Part shown: positions 52,719 through 61,419 of the stretch, piece after piece
Numbering within the stretch: position 1 is the first letter of the stretch
Layout: every line of letters starts with the position of its first letter
Assembly (NCBI GenBank): GCA_017546265.1
Contig: JAFYXG010000011.1
Span: 221 to 64,220, forward strand
Origin: Alphaproteobacteria bacterium
GTDB lineage: Bacteria; Pseudomonadota; Alphaproteobacteria; Rs-D84
Direction: 5' to 3'
DNA: 64,000 nucleotides
Translations under genes and position numbers: made by a program
Notes under the pieces: generated by a model
Databases searched by the model: none
Told to the model about the DNA's origin: nothing
The model's input: only the letters and a program-made list of their open reading frames with translations

Positions 52719-54254
52719 ATGAAAGCGGTAATTCTTGCACGTGTATCTTCCCGAGAACAAGAAATGGGGCAATCTATTGATGCACAGCTGGAAAACATGA
52801 AAAAATATGCCCAGCACAAAGAATTACCGCTATTAAAAACATTTCAGATAACTGAAAGCTCTACACGTGGTGAACGTAAAAAATTTACGGAAATGTTAAA
52901 CTTTGTAAAGGCACAACGTGAAAAAGTTGCCCTTGTTGCCGATACAATAGACCGCATCCAGCGCAGTTTCAAAGAATCCGTAGAACTGGACGAATTACGC
53001 AAAAGCGATAAAATAGAGATACACTTTATTCGTGAAAACTTGATTTTACACAAAGATTCAAGTAGTACGGACATTGCTCGCTGGGATTTAGGGGTATTTA
53101 CCGCAAAAACATACGTTGGCAACCTGCGTGATAATGTAAAACGCAGTATTGATTACAACACCAAACATGGTATCTGGCAAAGTTGTGCACCATTTGGTTA
53201 TTTAAACCGTCGTGATATAAACAACAAACCTATTATAATCCAAGACCCAGAACGTGCACTTGGAATACGTCGTCTGTTTGAAGAATACGCATCTGGCTTG
53301 TACACAATCAGCGAACTATTGCAAAAATCCAAAGAGTGGGGATTAACAAATCCAAAAACGAATTTACCAATAACAAAAACAACCCTGTTCAAGATGCTTA
53401 ATAACCCATTTTATTATGGTATGATGTTGGTAAAAGGGACTTTATATCCGCATATCTATAAACCCATAATAGACAAGACATTGTTTGATAAATGTCAATC
53501 TATTATGAACGGTAAAAACCGTAAGCGATTCAAATATGCTGAAAAGCCGTATGTGTTCAGGGGGGTAATCAAATGTGCGGACTGTGGTTGTGCAATAACA
53601 AGCGACACCAAGACCAAAGCCAGCGGAAAGACGTATACATACCTAGAATGTTCGCATTACAAAGGCAATTGTTCGCAACCTGCTGTAAATGAAAATGACC
53701 TGCTAAACCAAATTAGCACAGAAATCTTTGAGAAATTATCTTTCCCACCAGAAATCATGCAAGATATTGCCGATTGTTTAAGCAATGTATTACGGGCTGA
53801 AAACGCATATTTACTGGACGAAACAAGCAAATTACAGAAAAAGCACAACGAATTAAAAACCAAGAAAAACCGTCTGCTGGATTTGCTTATCAGCAACAGC
53901 ATCAGCCAAGACGACTATAACGACAAAAAGACCGAGATAGAAGAAGAACTACATACCATAGACACACAATTAAACGCACACAGACAAGCCGACAGCACAT
54001 TTACAACAACGGTTGAATCAATCTTTGCGCTGGCATCACATGCGGGCGAATTATTCAAGAGTTCGAAAGTAGAACAAAAACGTGCACTTTTGAACTTGCT
54101 GCTTTCGAACTGTGAACTAAAAGATAAAAAATTAGTATATTCAATAAGAAAACCGTTCGATGCTCTGCTGAACATGAACGGTTGTAAATCTTGGTTGGGG
54201 CGCACGGATTCGAACCATGATAAAGAGAACCAAAATCTCTTGTCCTACCATTAG
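52719..54254 (+). CDS. large serine recombinase (integrase)
   Basis: ATG 52719 (GAGGT RBS). Resolvase catalytic domain MKAVILARVSSREQ, a recombinase domain, zinc ribbon CADCGCAI...CSHYKGNC and a coiled coil. The last 63 nt overlap tRNA-Gln on the opposite strand. Confidence 0.9.
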   Translation: MKAVILARVSSREQEMGQSIDAQLENMKKYAQHKELPLLKTFQITESSTRGERKKFTEMLNFVKAQREKVALVADTIDRIQRSFKESVELDELRKSDKIEIHFIRENLILHKDSSSTDIARWDLGVFTAKTYVGNLRDNVKRSIDYNTKHGIWQSCAPFGYLNRRDINNKPIIIQDPERALGIRRLFEEYASGLYTISELLQKSKEWGLTNPKTNLPITKTTLFKMLNNPFYYGMMLVKGTLYPHIYKPIIDKTLFDKCQSIMNGKNRKRFKYAEKPYVFRGVIKCADCGCAITSDTKTKASGKTYTYLECSHYKGNCSQPAVNENDLLNQISTEIFEKLSFPPEIMQDIADCLSNVLRAENAYLLDETSKLQKKHNELKTKKNRLLDLLISNSISQDDYNDKKTEIEEELHTIDTQLNAHRQADSTFTTTVESIFALASHAGELFKSSKVEQKRALLNLLLSNCELKDKKLVYSIRKPFDALLNMNGCKSWLGRTDSNHDKENQNLLSYH

Positions 54255-54265
54255 ACGACACCCCA
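54192..54265 (-). tRNA. tRNA-Gln (anticodon UUG), CCA encoded
   Basis: Hand-folded cloverleaf: TGGGGTG/TC/GTCT-AATGGTA-GGAC/A/AGAGA-TTTTGGT-TCTCT/TTAT/CATGG-TTCGAAT-CCGTG/CGCCCCA/A/CCA. Confidence 0.85.
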
Positions 54266-54488
54266 AAAGCACAGGTTATTATACTTATAATTTGCAACTT
54301 TGCAATAATAATTTTTGTTGGCATAACCACAACAGTGTCGAAATTAAACGGTGGTTAAAAAACAACATGTTTTTTACTATAATTTTGGCCGTTTTTTTGG
54401 TATTATATAAGAATAAAGACACAGTTGTTTTTTTACCACGTTTAAAAACAACATAATAAAAACCTATTCAAACACAGGGAGAGCAAGG

Positions 54489-55427
54489 GTGAGGGCGTTT
54501 TTATCTGGCATAATTTTTTCCGTTATGTGTATGCCTGTTTTTGCGGACGTTTTGTCTTTGGATGACGCGTTGCGTGCAACATACACTGCGTGCATTGGTA
54601 TTGATGATGGTTTAAACGACATGCGGCGTTTGGCGGGGATAAACACTGCGATAACCGGGGTTGGGACTGTGGCGGGTGCCGGTGCGACCGTTGTTGGTAT
54701 TGTAAAAACATCCAAAGATGCCAAGGCAGAATCGCTTGAGGCGATATTAAAAGAAATCCAGGAAATGACGGCAAATTCTGCCCCTATGACCACCGCAGAA
54801 ATCGACCGTTTTATGTCTGAATTTAATGCGTACTATGAAACCGCGATTAAGACCGCAGACGGTGTTCAATCTGAACTGGATAAAACGGTTGCCCAGTCTA
54901 AAAAGTTGGGTAATTGGCGAACAGGTTTATTGGCGGGCGGCACCGCAACCAACCTGGCCGGTGCGATAATTGCATCATCAAATCGTGTTGATGGCGACAT
55001 ATTTGCCCAAATAGAATCGTGTCGTGCATCTGTTGCTGCGTTGCGTAATTCTGTTATCCAGGCCCGCATAAATGGCCAGGATGTATCCGAGGCTCAATCC
55101 ATCATTTCTGCTTGTGGCGAATTTGACTATGCTGACCTGTCCAAGATAAATACCAAGGCCCGCGGTGCGACAATTTCGTCTGCGATTGGTGCAACAACTG
55201 GTGCGGTTGGTACGGTTTTGTCGGCCAGTGCGAATTCCAAGGATGTCCGCAATGACAATACAGACTCTGGTAAACAGCGTGAAAAGAATTTAAACACGGC
55301 ATCGAATATATTTGCTGGTGCAACAACTGCTGCATCTGCGACTGCGACAATATTTAATGCGACCCAAATTGGTGCTATACGGCGTGTGTCTGACATCGCC
55401 CAAGAATGTACAAAGGTGTTAAAATGA
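54489..55427 (+). CDS. secreted Gly/Ala-rich protein, module B1 (312 aa), paralog of 43851-44804
   Basis: GTG start after GGGAGAG, with a signal peptide. Shared blocks GVGTVAGAGATVVGI, KLGNWRTGLLAGG and C-terminal ECTKVLK. Confidence 0.8.
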   Translation: MRAFLSGIIFSVMCMPVFADVLSLDDALRATYTACIGIDDGLNDMRRLAGINTAITGVGTVAGAGATVVGIVKTSKDAKAESLEAILKEIQEMTANSAPMTTAEIDRFMSEFNAYYETAIKTADGVQSELDKTVAQSKKLGNWRTGLLAGGTATNLAGAIIASSNRVDGDIFAQIESCRASVAALRNSVIQARINGQDVSEAQSIISACGEFDYADLSKINTKARGATISSAIGATTGAVGTVLSASANSKDVRNDNTDSGKQREKNLNTASNIFAGATTAASATATIFNATQIGAIRRVSDIAQECTKVLK

Positions 55428-58400
55428 AGAAAATAATATCCATCTTATGTTGTTCGTTGTTTGCGTTTTCTGCGAACGCAGCGGTCGAGTGTTTGCGTGT
55501 GAATGGCACGGCATTGGAAACGATTGTTGCAACACATTTTACAGATCTGTCTGTCCAGACATCTGTTTTGTCGCAATTGCGTGATACGTTGGCAAAAAAC
55601 AGCAGTGGTTGTATTTATGTGACTGATGCGTACGCATTGTGTACTGTGGGCGGCTTGGATAATAAAAACAAATCAGATTTTCAACGTTGCAGTGCATTTG
55701 TTCGTGGCCTGGCAAATTCTGCATCGGATGTATTTTATCATGTTTGTGGTGCCGATCGTGGCAAATCTGGTGGCACAGAACATTGTGTCAAAGATGTTTT
55801 TAATGGCATTTTGTATGGCACCCAGGTGCAGTTGTCCCAGGGGATTGGTTTGGCTAGGATGTATGCAGATGTTAAATTTAATGATGCGTCTGTGATATGT
55901 AATCGCAAATTCGACAAAGTCGGCATCCAGGATTACAGTTTGATGTGTAAATCTGCCGATGGTCGTACTTTTTATGAGTTCTATTTTGACGACCTGGAAG
56001 AAACCAAGGATTATGAAATTCGGGCCAGCACAGAAAATGCAATATGTCAGATGCATGGTGTAAAGTATTTGCCGTCTGGTAATAATCCAAATGCCGCTGC
56101 GGTTAATAACACAGCAAATGCTATTTGGCCATCTGCGTGTAATACTACGGATGTGGCCGTGTGTGCACAAATTGCTCAGAATGCAAAACGTTTGGCATAC
56201 AGTGCCAAGATTGGTTCTTGGAAAAACGGTCAACAGGCATGTGTTTTATCTCAATCTCGTGGCACACTAAAACTGCGTACCAAGTATGGTATCGACAACA
56301 TGCATTTCCGCAGTTCTGGCATTCAATTAAATGCACAAATGCACCTGCATGACCAGATAAGACAGTATGTTGAATCTGTCATTGCACCAACAAAATTGGA
56401 ATCTTTTGATTGTGATTATAATTCCAGTCCTTATTATGACGGTAATGAACCTGACGAGGTTCTGACATGTCGTGTAAATGGATATCCTGTTGATTTCTTG
56501 TTTGACGATTTGTCGGAATCGTGGGGCATTACATCCCGTGCCGGCGAACAGGGTATGGAATGTATTGTTCGTGGTGGCACATACGATGGCAAACACTGCC
56601 TGCGTTTGGACCAAAAACAATGTGACAAATTAAAACAGACGTCTGCTGCAACGTGTCCAGAATGTAAATCGGTTGTGTGGAATGCAACAGATGGTGTTTG
56701 CCAATTGCCTGCATCGGCCAGTGGCACCACCCTGCAAAAAGGCATTGTGATTGGTGGTATAGTTGCGGGTGCCGCAGCGGCGGCGGTAATCACTGTTGCA
56801 ACTGGTGGTACTGGGGCGGCTGCCCTGACGATTGTGGCGGTTGAAACTGCGGGGGCGGGTATAGAATTGGCTGCTCAAACAAAAATTAACAAGGCGGCAG
56901 ATGAATTCCTGTTGCAGTCGCACAAGTGCGAAACGGCAGACTGTGCAGTTTCCTTGATTGGTCAGCATTTTGAACGCCTGGCCAACATGACCAATGACCT
57001 GAATGTTTCCGAAGAAGATGCCATAGATCGTGAAATGGCCAGACTGATTGAACTGATTCCCGATGATTCTGAATTTCTGCAACAGGTTCTGGCCGATGGG
57101 ACAACGTTGGCCGAACGTGAAAAGGGCCTGTTCGAGGCTGATTCATGGGAACCTGAACAGATATGGCGTGCCGCGGGAATTGCATTACAGTTAACGTCAT
57201 TGGTGACTGCTGCGGGTAAATGGATTATGGTTGGTGGAAAAACTGTGACAACCAAAATTCCACACGCAACAGATGTTATGCGGTTAAAGTTAACGCGTGC
57301 CCAGGCAAAATCCCTGGCGGATTTAGATGGTGTAATTGCGTCCATTACAAAACAGCGTCAGGCGACAAATTTGTCGAAAAGCAAGGCAGATAAATTGTGG
57401 GAATCACTGAAGACGGCCCAACAATCTCGTCAGACGTTGCTGAATAAATTGGGTAATCCCCCGGCCGAGGCATTGCCATTACTGCAACGCGAGGCCATGG
57501 CTGCGGATGAATTGCGTCTGGCCCAGGAAGAATTGACTGCAATTGCACGGCAACAAGATGAACTTTATATGGTTAACAAAAATGGCCAACAGGTTTTAAA
57601 GCCAGGAAAGACTAAGTATGATGTTTCTGATTTGGCACGCAGAAATGATGCGGTCGCAAAACAAATTGATGGTCTTGAAAGTGAATTAAAAACACTTGAT
57701 GAACAACTAAATGCGATGTTGGGAACCAAAAAGATAGAATATATCGAACAAACCACAACAACACCATCGCGTCAGCTGTTCAATGATGGTATCGCACCTG
57801 ATGCGGTCTTGGCCAAGGTAGCCATTGCCGAGGTGAAAAATCAAACCCGCAAAGAATGGGATGCGGTACCCGCCGTAGATACTGTTGAAAGTATGCAACG
57901 TGAAATCCCAGAACCCGAGGTTATTCTTGATGACATTGTCATTGATGATACGATTGAACCACTGCCAATGGATTTAAATCTTCCTTTGGATAAGGATGAC
58001 TTGACGGTAAAACCAATACCGATGCCAGGTTCAGTGGTTCCGCCCGTAAAACCCAATGTGGTGCCGGAACCGATTGTTGATCAGAATATCGATATCCCAG
58101 AAGAAGATATCGTTATCCCAGACACAAAACTGGATTTGTCCGGTGATAAACTGTCTGTTACACCGATTGCACTGGATAATGGTGGTGCCAAACAGAAAAC
58201 ACCACGCAACATCACTCCGCATTCGGTTGAACGTTCTGGTGGTCGCGGTTGGATTGCGGCTGCAACTGTTGCGGGCCTGGTTGGTACGGGGGTATTGGTT
58301 GGAACGTTGGTTGGCAAAGACAGTGATGATTCGAAAAGCAATGCAACTGGTGCAACCGCAAAACCAGAATTGGAATCGTTGATGGTGACGGCTGGTGGTA

Positions 58401-58870
58401 TTTTGGGCTATGTTGATAATAATGAAATCACGTTGGTTCCGCTGCCGACAACTGTTAATACCAATGCACCGATTGTGGATATAAATAATCGTGCGGTCGT
58501 AGTTGTGCGGTATAAGACATACAATCTGCCATATTATTTGGATGCTGGTCGTTCTGCATGGGTTCCCTTGTTGGGAATTGGGCAAACTGGTGGCTGGTTT
58601 AATACCTATCCAAACATCGACAGTACTGGTATTGCCAGATTGGATAAAATAACCAAGACATTGAATCAAATGTTGCCGGCCCGCACAGTTCTGAAATATA
58701 CAGGGCAAAATAATTATGGTGTTCGGTTTCCGTTTGCGGCATCCACAGCATACAGTATTATAAACGCAGAATTTCCCGGTGGTGTTGTTCAGACATACAA
58801 TGGGTCGTTTACCTCTGTTGACCGTGCGTTATACGATCGGAATTACCAGCATATAAAATCAGTGCTGTGA
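55424..58870 (+). CDS. large secreted/membrane protein (1148 aa), module B2, function unknown
   Basis: ATG 55424 overlaps the B1 stop (ATGA). Signal peptide, then a Cys-rich region of about 430 aa and a Gly/Ala-rich TM hairpin. A coiled coil, an acidic Pro-rich spacer, a second TM segment and an unknown C-terminal domain of about 190 aa follow. Confidence 0.85.
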   Translation: MKKIISILCCSLFAFSANAAVECLRVNGTALETIVATHFTDLSVQTSVLSQLRDTLAKNSSGCIYVTDAYALCTVGGLDNKNKSDFQRCSAFVRGLANSASDVFYHVCGADRGKSGGTEHCVKDVFNGILYGTQVQLSQGIGLARMYADVKFNDASVICNRKFDKVGIQDYSLMCKSADGRTFYEFYFDDLEETKDYEIRASTENAICQMHGVKYLPSGNNPNAAAVNNTANAIWPSACNTTDVAVCAQIAQNAKRLAYSAKIGSWKNGQQACVLSQSRGTLKLRTKYGIDNMHFRSSGIQLNAQMHLHDQIRQYVESVIAPTKLESFDCDYNSSPYYDGNEPDEVLTCRVNGYPVDFLFDDLSESWGITSRAGEQGMECIVRGGTYDGKHCLRLDQKQCDKLKQTSAATCPECKSVVWNATDGVCQLPASASGTTLQKGIVIGGIVAGAAAAAVITVATGGTGAAALTIVAVETAGAGIELAAQTKINKAADEFLLQSHKCETADCAVSLIGQHFERLANMTNDLNVSEEDAIDREMARLIELIPDDSEFLQQVLADGTTLAEREKGLFEADSWEPEQIWRAAGIALQLTSLVTAAGKWIMVGGKTVTTKIPHATDVMRLKLTRAQAKSLADLDGVIASITKQRQATNLSKSKADKLWESLKTAQQSRQTLLNKLGNPPAEALPLLQREAMAADELRLAQEELTAIARQQDELYMVNKNGQQVLKPGKTKYDVSDLARRNDAVAKQIDGLESELKTLDEQLNAMLGTKKIEYIEQTTTTPSRQLFNDGIAPDAVLAKVAIAEVKNQTRKEWDAVPAVDTVESMQREIPEPEVILDDIVIDDTIEPLPMDLNLPLDKDDLTVKPIPMPGSVVPPVKPNVVPEPIVDQNIDIPEEDIVIPDTKLDLSGDKLSVTPIALDNGGAKQKTPRNITPHSVERSGGRGWIAAATVAGLVGTGVLVGTLVGKDSDDSKSNATGATAKPELESLMVTAGGILGYVDNNEITLVPLPTTVNTNAPIVDINNRAVVVVRYKTYNLPYYLDAGRSAWVPLLGIGQTGGWFNTYPNIDSTGIARLDKITKTLNQMLPARTVLKYTGQNNYGVRFPFAASTAYSIINAEFPGGVVQTYNGSFTSVDRALYDRNYQHIKSVL

Positions 58871-58874
58871 ACCA

Positions 58875-58901
58875 AACGCCACACACGTGGCGTTTCTTTT
58901 T
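58875..58901 (+). terminator. Rho-independent terminator
   Basis: AACGCCAC-ACAC-GTGGCGTT hairpin followed by TCTTTTT. Confidence 0.6.
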
Positions 58902-58940
58902 GCATCGAAATGAACTGTTACAAAAAAATAAATTTTTTAC

Positions 58941-58968
58941 TTGAAAATTATTTGTTAAAACATATAAT
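58941..58968 (+). promoter_or_regulatory. sigma70-like promoter of the marR-efflux operon
   Basis: TTGAAA (58941-46), 16-nt spacer, TATAAT (58963-68). Confidence 0.55.
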
Positions 58969-58974
58969 GATTAA

Positions 58975-58991
58975 GAAATTTAATAAATTTC
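58975..58991. promoter_or_regulatory. 17-bp perfect palindrome, candidate MarR operator
   Basis: GAAATTTA-A-TAAATTTC, immediately downstream of the -10 box. Confidence 0.5.
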
Positions 58992-59021
58992 CAACACAAA
59001 AACATTATACAGGAGTTTGCA

Positions 59022-59471
59022 TTGGCACGCAAGGAATTTGTTCGTCTTATGGAAGAAAACATTTGGACACTGGATAAAATCGCGGACCGTGTACGTTTGG
59101 AACGCGTTGATTCGACTGGTTATCCTCGTCAGTTGATGTCGATATTGGTGCGTCTGCATAATGGGGGGCGTGCCCGGTTGAAAGATATTGCTCGCCGTGA
59201 ACATGTATCTGCACCGAATTTGTGTGCTGCGTTTCGCAAATTGGAACGTGATGGCATGGTTGTTCGAACTATTGACGAACAAGATCGCCGCAACACATGG
59301 TATTGCACATCTGAACGTGGTTCTGAATTGGCGGTTGCGGCAATGGACTTGTTTCGCACGGGGATAGAGCGTGTTTTTTCAGGCATGTCCCGCGAAGATG
59401 AAAAGCGTCTGACCGATGCACTGCGTACAATGCATGATGTGTTAAAAAATGTGGAGTTAAATAATGATTAA
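59022..59471 (+). CDS. MarR-family transcriptional regulator
   Basis: TTG start after AGGAG. Winged-HTH block LKDIARREHVSAPNLCAAFRKLERDGMVVR. Confidence 0.8.
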   Translation: MARKEFVRLMEENIWTLDKIADRVRLERVDSTGYPRQLMSILVRLHNGGRARLKDIARREHVSAPNLCAAFRKLERDGMVVRTIDEQDRRNTWYCTSERGSELAVAAMDLFRTGIERVFSGMSREDEKRLTDALRTMHDVLKNVELNND

Positions 59472-60792
59472 GATTATCCCTGTGTCGCTGGTTGCGGCAC
59501 TTGTCGCCGGTATTTCGATGCCGGCGTATTCTTTGGACCTGTCTTTATCGGATGCGATTGACATGGTTGTTCGTGAATCGCACGATATACGGCGTGCTGA
59601 CGCGAATTTATCGCGTGCCCAGGCATCTTTGGATGCGGCCAATGCCAACCGTTGGTTTAAATTAGATGGTTCTATGTCGTACATGAACATGGTTAACGTA
59701 AAAAATCCGTCTGAATCACAAAAAATTGAATTGCCACCTGAATTAGGGGGGCTGATTTCAGAATCATTAAAGGATCAATCGATTGTATTTGAAATTCCAG
59801 ATAATATTTTACAGGCAGGTCTGACATTGACCCAGCCGATATACACATTTGGTAAAATTGGTAATGCGGTAAAATCTGTAAAGTCTGCTGTTAAAATGGC
59901 GAAAAGTTCCCATGAATTGACCGTACGCGAGGTTCGCTATGCTGCGGCTGATTTATATTGGACGGCTCGCATGACGGACGAGATAGTAAAGTTGGCGGAA
60001 CAGGATCTGAAAAATGCACGTGATGCCAAACGCAGTTTAACATCTGCGGGTCGTTCTCATCGCAGTAATTTGTTAAAGATAGAATCTGACATTGCATCTA
60101 AACAGATAAATGTTTCGGATGCATATTTTAATCGTGACACAGCACATCGGATGTTAAAGATTCTGGCTGGTATAAACATGGATGAAGAATTAAATTTAAC
60201 GGATAATTTCCCGACCAGTTTTGAATCTTTGAACGCGGGTGAGTTAAAGAACACTCCCCAGTGGGATGTACTGTCTGAACAGGTAAATATGTATGAACGT
60301 ATGGCTCGTGCCCAGCGCGCAAACAGTTATCCTACATTGGCGGCAACTGCATCATATACATATTCCACGATGTCGGGCGATATTGGTCATTTGTTTGATA
60401 AGCAGGGCAGTCAGTCTGCGTATTGGGGATTGGCATTACAGATGCCGATTTTCAGTGGAGGTCTTAATCGTGCCAATGCCACAGTCGAGGCCATGAATGC
60501 TGCGGCTGCTCGCGAAGACCTGGCCCAGGCTAAAAAGTTAACCACAGAACAGTATAACACTGCGGTCCAGCGTTATGAACATTTGCGTGGAAATCTTTCT
60601 ACATTGGTAAACGCGCGTGATTTGGCGGCCAAGACATATGCTTTGTCTCAGAATCGCTTTGCATCTGGTCAAACATCTGCGGTTGAATTGGCCGAGGTGT
60701 CCGCCGGTTTATATCAGTTGGATTTGGCGTTATTGAATACCAAATACAACATTTTAATGTCTGCAGAAACAGTAAAAAAATTGGGTGAATAA
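59464..60792 (+). CDS. TolC-family outer-membrane efflux protein
   Basis: Signal peptide and a two-repeat OEP architecture. Overlaps the marR stop. Confidence 0.8.
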   Translation: MIKIIPVSLVAALVAGISMPAYSLDLSLSDAIDMVVRESHDIRRADANLSRAQASLDAANANRWFKLDGSMSYMNMVNVKNPSESQKIELPPELGGLISESLKDQSIVFEIPDNILQAGLTLTQPIYTFGKIGNAVKSVKSAVKMAKSSHELTVREVRYAAADLYWTARMTDEIVKLAEQDLKNARDAKRSLTSAGRSHRSNLLKIESDIASKQINVSDAYFNRDTAHRMLKILAGINMDEELNLTDNFPTSFESLNAGELKNTPQWDVLSEQVNMYERMARAQRANSYPTLAATASYTYSTMSGDIGHLFDKQGSQSAYWGLALQMPIFSGGLNRANATVEAMNAAAAREDLAQAKKLTTEQYNTAVQRYEHLRGNLSTLVNARDLAAKTYALSQNRFASGQTSAVELAEVSAGLYQLDLALLNTKYNILMSAETVKKLGE

Positions 60793-60795
60793 GAA

Positions 60796-61383
60796 ATGCA
60801 AAAGATAAAGAAAACAAAATTAAAACATATTTTATACGTTGCACTGGTTGTGTTATTGGCGGGTTGGGTGATATTCCGTTTTGCGGCGGTTGCGTCTGAA
60901 AATGCACGTTATGTATTTAATGCATCGCGTGTTGCTGCGGACCAAGGCATGCCTGTTGTGGTTGAGCATATGCATGCTGGGGCAGGTACATTGTATGAAC
61001 CGTTGTCGGTTCAAAACAATCGTGCCTATGTATCGGCTGAACGTGCATCAAAACTGCACGCAGGTCAGCGTGTTGGTGATGGCAAAATAGTATCTGTATC
61101 AAACCGTATTGACTATGATACAGGCATGTATGTTGTTCGCACATCTGGTGTGTCTAATGGGTTGCAGATGGCTGAATTCACGGCCAACGGATACTTTGTA
61201 CCGTTATATGCAGTAAATAATAATTCGGTATTTGTGATGGTTGACGATTACGCGGTATCTAGACCGGTTGATATTGCTCGCCGTGATTCAGAAACAGCCT
61301 ATATTACATCTGGTTTATCTGATGGTGACATTGTAATACTGTCGTCTGTAAATGCCGGGGACAAGGTTCAAATTGTTAAATAA
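60796..61383 (+). CDS. unusually short membrane-fusion (periplasmic adaptor)-like protein (195 aa)
   Basis: N-terminal TM anchor. Blocks LHAGQRV...GKIVSVSNRIDYDTGMYVVR and AYITSGLSDGDIVILSS..AGDKVQIV fit the MFP beta-barrel/MP domains. No alpha-hairpin or lipoyl region is evident. Confidence 0.6.
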   Translation: MQKIKKTKLKHILYVALVVLLAGWVIFRFAAVASENARYVFNASRVAADQGMPVVVEHMHAGAGTLYEPLSVQNNRAYVSAERASKLHAGQRVGDGKIVSVSNRIDYDTGMYVVRTSGVSNGLQMAEFTANGYFVPLYAVNNNSVFVMVDDYAVSRPVDIARRDSETAYITSGLSDGDIVILSSVNAGDKVQIVK

Positions 61384-61419
61384 CACTATTTGCATAAAAA
61401 ATAAAAAAGGGGTAAAACC

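Larger units (their letters stand above)
46428..54265. mobile_element. integrated genomic island (about 7.8 kb) next to tRNA-Gln, with a large serine recombinase
   Basis: A visible drop in G+C starts just after terminator 46400-46428 and ends at the tRNA. The recombinase abuts the 3' end of tRNA-Gln. A degenerate copy of the tRNA 3' end lies at 46428-46458. The cargo is defence- and mobility-type genes. Confidence 0.7.

Noticed and set aside
58031-58708. 225-aa minus-strand ORF (and many shorter ones) opposite the 1148-aa gene
   Set aside because: They are antisense shadows of a long uninterrupted sense ORF.
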